Source of the DNA: Mobula hypostoma
Taxonomy: Eukaryota
Reading direction: 5' to 3'
DNA: 64,000 nt
Assembly (NCBI RefSeq): GCF_963921235.1
Contig: NC_086108.1
Span: 31,188,001-31,252,000, forward strand
The translations under genes were made by a program, and so were the position numbers. Positions 60,901-64,000 of this stretch are shown here, piece after piece. How positions within the stretch are numbered: the stretch's first letter is position 1; every line of letters begins with the position of its first letter. The notes under the pieces are model-generated. The model was not told where the DNA came from. It searched no databases and was given only the letters and a program-made list of their open reading frames with translations.

Positions 60901-61925
60901 TTGAGACCTTTCTTCATTAGTTTCTCTAGTCTTTGCCTGTTGTGTTCAAAATCTTATTGTCACTTTTCTTGTTTTTTTTGTGTTGTTAAAGATCTTTTTT
61001 GCAACTTTTGCATAATTCCTTTGAATACTAACCTTTGCCTGTCTACTATTACACCTTTCCATGTATTAACCGTAGCCAACTCTCTTCTCACGCCTTCATG
61101 GTTTCCTTTATTTAGAATAAAAACCCATGTATGCTTACTTTTAAATCCAATATCAAATTCTATACACCATGGTCACTCTCCATAATGGCACCCCGACAAA
61201 AAGAAATCAATCAACCCCTTCTGAAACCATCGAAAGAAAGGTGAATAAAGGTAGCTAGTAAGGGGTAGTTAAGTAATATTTAGACTAGCCTAATAGGGCA
61301 AGCTGACCAGTGTTACTATTTGATTAAGTTATAAACTTGTAAGGGATTGGATGATAATAAATATTTTGCAGAGACAGGCATTACTTGGATCGCCTCCACC
61401 TGGTATAAAACATGGCTGCCACACCTTCAGCACTTTTGAGTTATTTGTGCTTGCATGCAGATTATGGCCATCATAATTTGCAGGTGGTCACAATCTGCTG
61501 GAGAAACTCAGAGGGTCAAACGGCGCCTGCGGAAGGAAAGGAATAGTTGATATTTTGGGTCATAACCCTGCATTCTCTTTTGTCTCTATTTGTAGGCAAT
61601 CTCCCTGTTTCAGATGAGGTAAACCATTCCTGATGCACACTGAGCAGCTGAAATATTCTACCGCATTTGAGGTTTAAGAGGCCCCGGTGAGCAATAGACT
61701 GTCCGTCCATGAACTTCCACAATTGGGAAAAGTGAGGTTAGTGAAGAAAGTGTGTTGACAGAAGACTGTAAGGATTGAGTGAGTTTAGGCAGGATCGAGA
61801 GCATTGGTGAGGAGGAGAGTGAGAAGGAGGGAGGGAGGGTAGATAATTGGTGGAGTTTCAGGCAGGAGATCAATGAAGGAACGCTTAGACAAATGAAAGT
61901 AAAGCTTGGATGGGCAAGTCTAGAC

Positions 61926-62004
61926 CAGGGGCTCCCAACCTTTTTTATGCCATGGACTCGTAACATTAACTGAGGGGTCCGTGGACCTGGTTTGGGAACC
62001 CTTT
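61926..62004. mobile_element. 79-bp hAT (Charlie-type) MITE
   Basis: CAGGGGCTCCCAACC ... GGTTTGGGAACCCTTT inverted ends; 8-bp duplication GTCTAGAC / GTTTAGAC, matching the NTCTAGAN preference of Charlie elements. Confidence 0.7.
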
Positions 62005-62269
62005 GTTTAGACAGTGCACACTCAAAACTGAACAAGTGATGGTGAGGGTTGCATACTGGATAGTGAGATTTGGACAAGGGAAAAGAAAGGGAAAGGTTTG
62101 GGCAGAGGAAGTTGGTTGTGAGTCAGGAATGTTGTAAAAGCAAGGCAGTGCAAAAATAAGTATCAACACAAGTCCATGGTTATGTAGGAGGTAGTCCACT
62201 GTTCTGCCTTCGTTGATCAACAAGGTCAGAGCACATACACTGGACTATCATAACAACATAGAATATCAG

Positions 62270-63230
62270 ATAGAAAGCAAAGAGTGCAAGTTAACGGGTT
62301 AATTTGAAGCTGGCAGACCGCGACTGATGGAGCACAGCAAGGATTTGTGCTTAGGCCCCAGTCATAATGATGACTTGGCTGAGGCTACTCCTCATCATAT
62401 TTCCAAGTTTGCTGATGGTGCTAAACTAGATGGGCTTGTGAGTACAGAGAAGATGTAAAGGGATTCCTGGAGACAATGGGTGGATGGAAATAGGATATAA
62501 CATGGAAAACATGTGAGGTGATTCATAAAGAGGCACAGAACAGAACAGAAATGGTAAGAGACAGGGTAGTATTATTACTCAAAGTAACTTAAGTGTGCTT
62601 GTGCACACGGGCAACATACAGAAGAAGCAAGAGCTTACAAGGGCAAATGGTATGTTAACCTTTATTTCAAATGGTTTTGAATACAGCAGTAAAAAGTCTT
62701 ATTGCTACAATGGACACCACAACTGTCCACAGTATTGTGGACAGTTCAGGTCTCCTTTACTAACGAAAGATATATTCCTGCCATAAAAAGCCAGGGCCAA
62801 GATTCAATGGTCTGGCTCCGAGACTAATAGTTTTGCTGTTTGAGGAGTGATTGAATAAACAGGATTGGATTCCGGAGAGTTTGGAAGAATCAAAACATAT
62901 AAAATTCTTGAAGAACATTAGAATGTTTGGCATGTTTGAAAAGTCTAGGACCAGGGAAAAGTCTGATAATAAGGGGCAAGCTGTTTAGGACTGAGATGAG
63001 GAACAATTTCATCACTCGCTGGCTGATGAACCTTTTGGAGTTTTTGCCATGGAGGACTGTGGAGACTCAGCCACTGAGTTCAGTTAAAAGGAGATTGATA
63101 GATTTTTTGAATATGAAGGAAATCAAGTGATGTGGGGATATTGCAGGAAGGTAGTGAGGAGGGGAAGATCAGCCATGATCCTTATGAATAATGAAACCAG
63201 ACAATCTACTGATAACTTTTAGTGTCTTTT
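62270..63230 (+). mobile_element. Highly decayed CR1 RT-to-3'-end fragment
   Basis: TCCAAGTTTGCTGATGGTGCTAAACTAG (SKFADD-like), ANGMLTFISNGFEYSS, FRTEMRNNF, and the GATCAGCCATGATC 3' motif. Confidence 0.7.
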
Positions 63231-63689
63231 GTTCTTACATGTTTTTAACTTTGAATTTCATCCGCATAATTAATTAAAAAATAATGCAAACAGTCTCCCT
63301 ACGCAAGATAACAAGTGCTTATATTTGGATTCAATCCCAGTTGCCTCATGGTGAAAGCTTGTGTGACATTTCCCTATCACTGAAATTAGCGCAGCTATTT
63401 TTAGGCAGATGTTCATCTACTGTTTTTGGTTACTTAATACTGCCCTCTACTGGTGAATATGAACATTAATTTAATCCAAAGAAAAGCGACAACAATTCTT
63501 TGGAATTAATCAACTGTAATACACTGTAATCAGAGTTACACACTGCAGCATTGAATACATTAAAACAGGGTATGCTAACTGACTCCCCCTGAGAAGGTGA
63601 AAATTATATAGAAGAGTTATTCATAAATATCCCTGCTTCACATATCTCTCATCAATTCTCACTGAAATGATGGAAAATCGTACCAAAAG

Positions 63690-64000
63690 TAGTGGCTATG
63701 GCTCAGTCCACCTTGGATAAAGCCTATCCAATCATTGAACGCATCTACATGGAGCACTTTCACAGGAAAGCAACATCCATCATCAGGGACACACACCACC
63801 AAGGACTCTTCTCAATGTTGCCATCAGGAAAAAGAGGCTCAAGACTCACACCACCAGGTTCAAGAACAGTTATTACCTCTCAACCATCAGGCTCTTGAAC
63901 CAAAGGGGATAACTTCACTCAACTTCACCTGCCCCATCATCGAAATGTTCCCACAACCAATGAACACACTTTCAAGGACTCTTCATCTCATGTCCTCGAT
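63690..64000 (+). mobile_element. Rex1/Babar-type LINE 3' fragment (runs off the window)
   Basis: RKATSIIRDTHHQGLFSMLPSGK; homologous to 36940-37120. Confidence 0.7.

Overview
Eukaryotic, repeat-dominated DNA, most likely from a cartilaginous fish (inferred only from the repeat repertoire: abundant CR1 and Rex1/Babar-type LINEs, Penelope-like termini, V-SINE/DeuSINE-like relics). No host gene could be supported. Positions 1-26150 are a 53-bp C-rich satellite with higher-order periodicity; the long Pro/Ser/His ORFs there are artefacts. One apparently intact CR1 LINE (10433-15296) is inserted in register into the satellite. It has four ~172-bp promoter-like 5' monomers, ORF1 (zinc finger, coiled coil, SGNH esterase) and ORF2 (APE endonuclease, reverse transcriptase). 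Positions 26150-64000 are nested, decayed transposable elements (CR1, Rex1-like, Penelope-like, Tc1/mariner, Tigger, hAT MITE, two solo LTRs). Main lead: ORF2 of the intact CR1 has no usable AUG, and ORF1 ends in a correctly phased U_UUA_AAC slippery heptamer directly before its stop, with ORF2 in the -1 frame. The same heptamer and stop recur in an older, diverged CR1 at 42374-42383, suggesting gag-pol-like -1 ribosomal frameshifting in a LINE. Other leads: the LINE 5' end lies ~32 nt behind the monomer's TATA-like box; the satellite seems to have grown out of a Penelope-like terminus; those termini carry minimal hammerhead ribozyme motifs.
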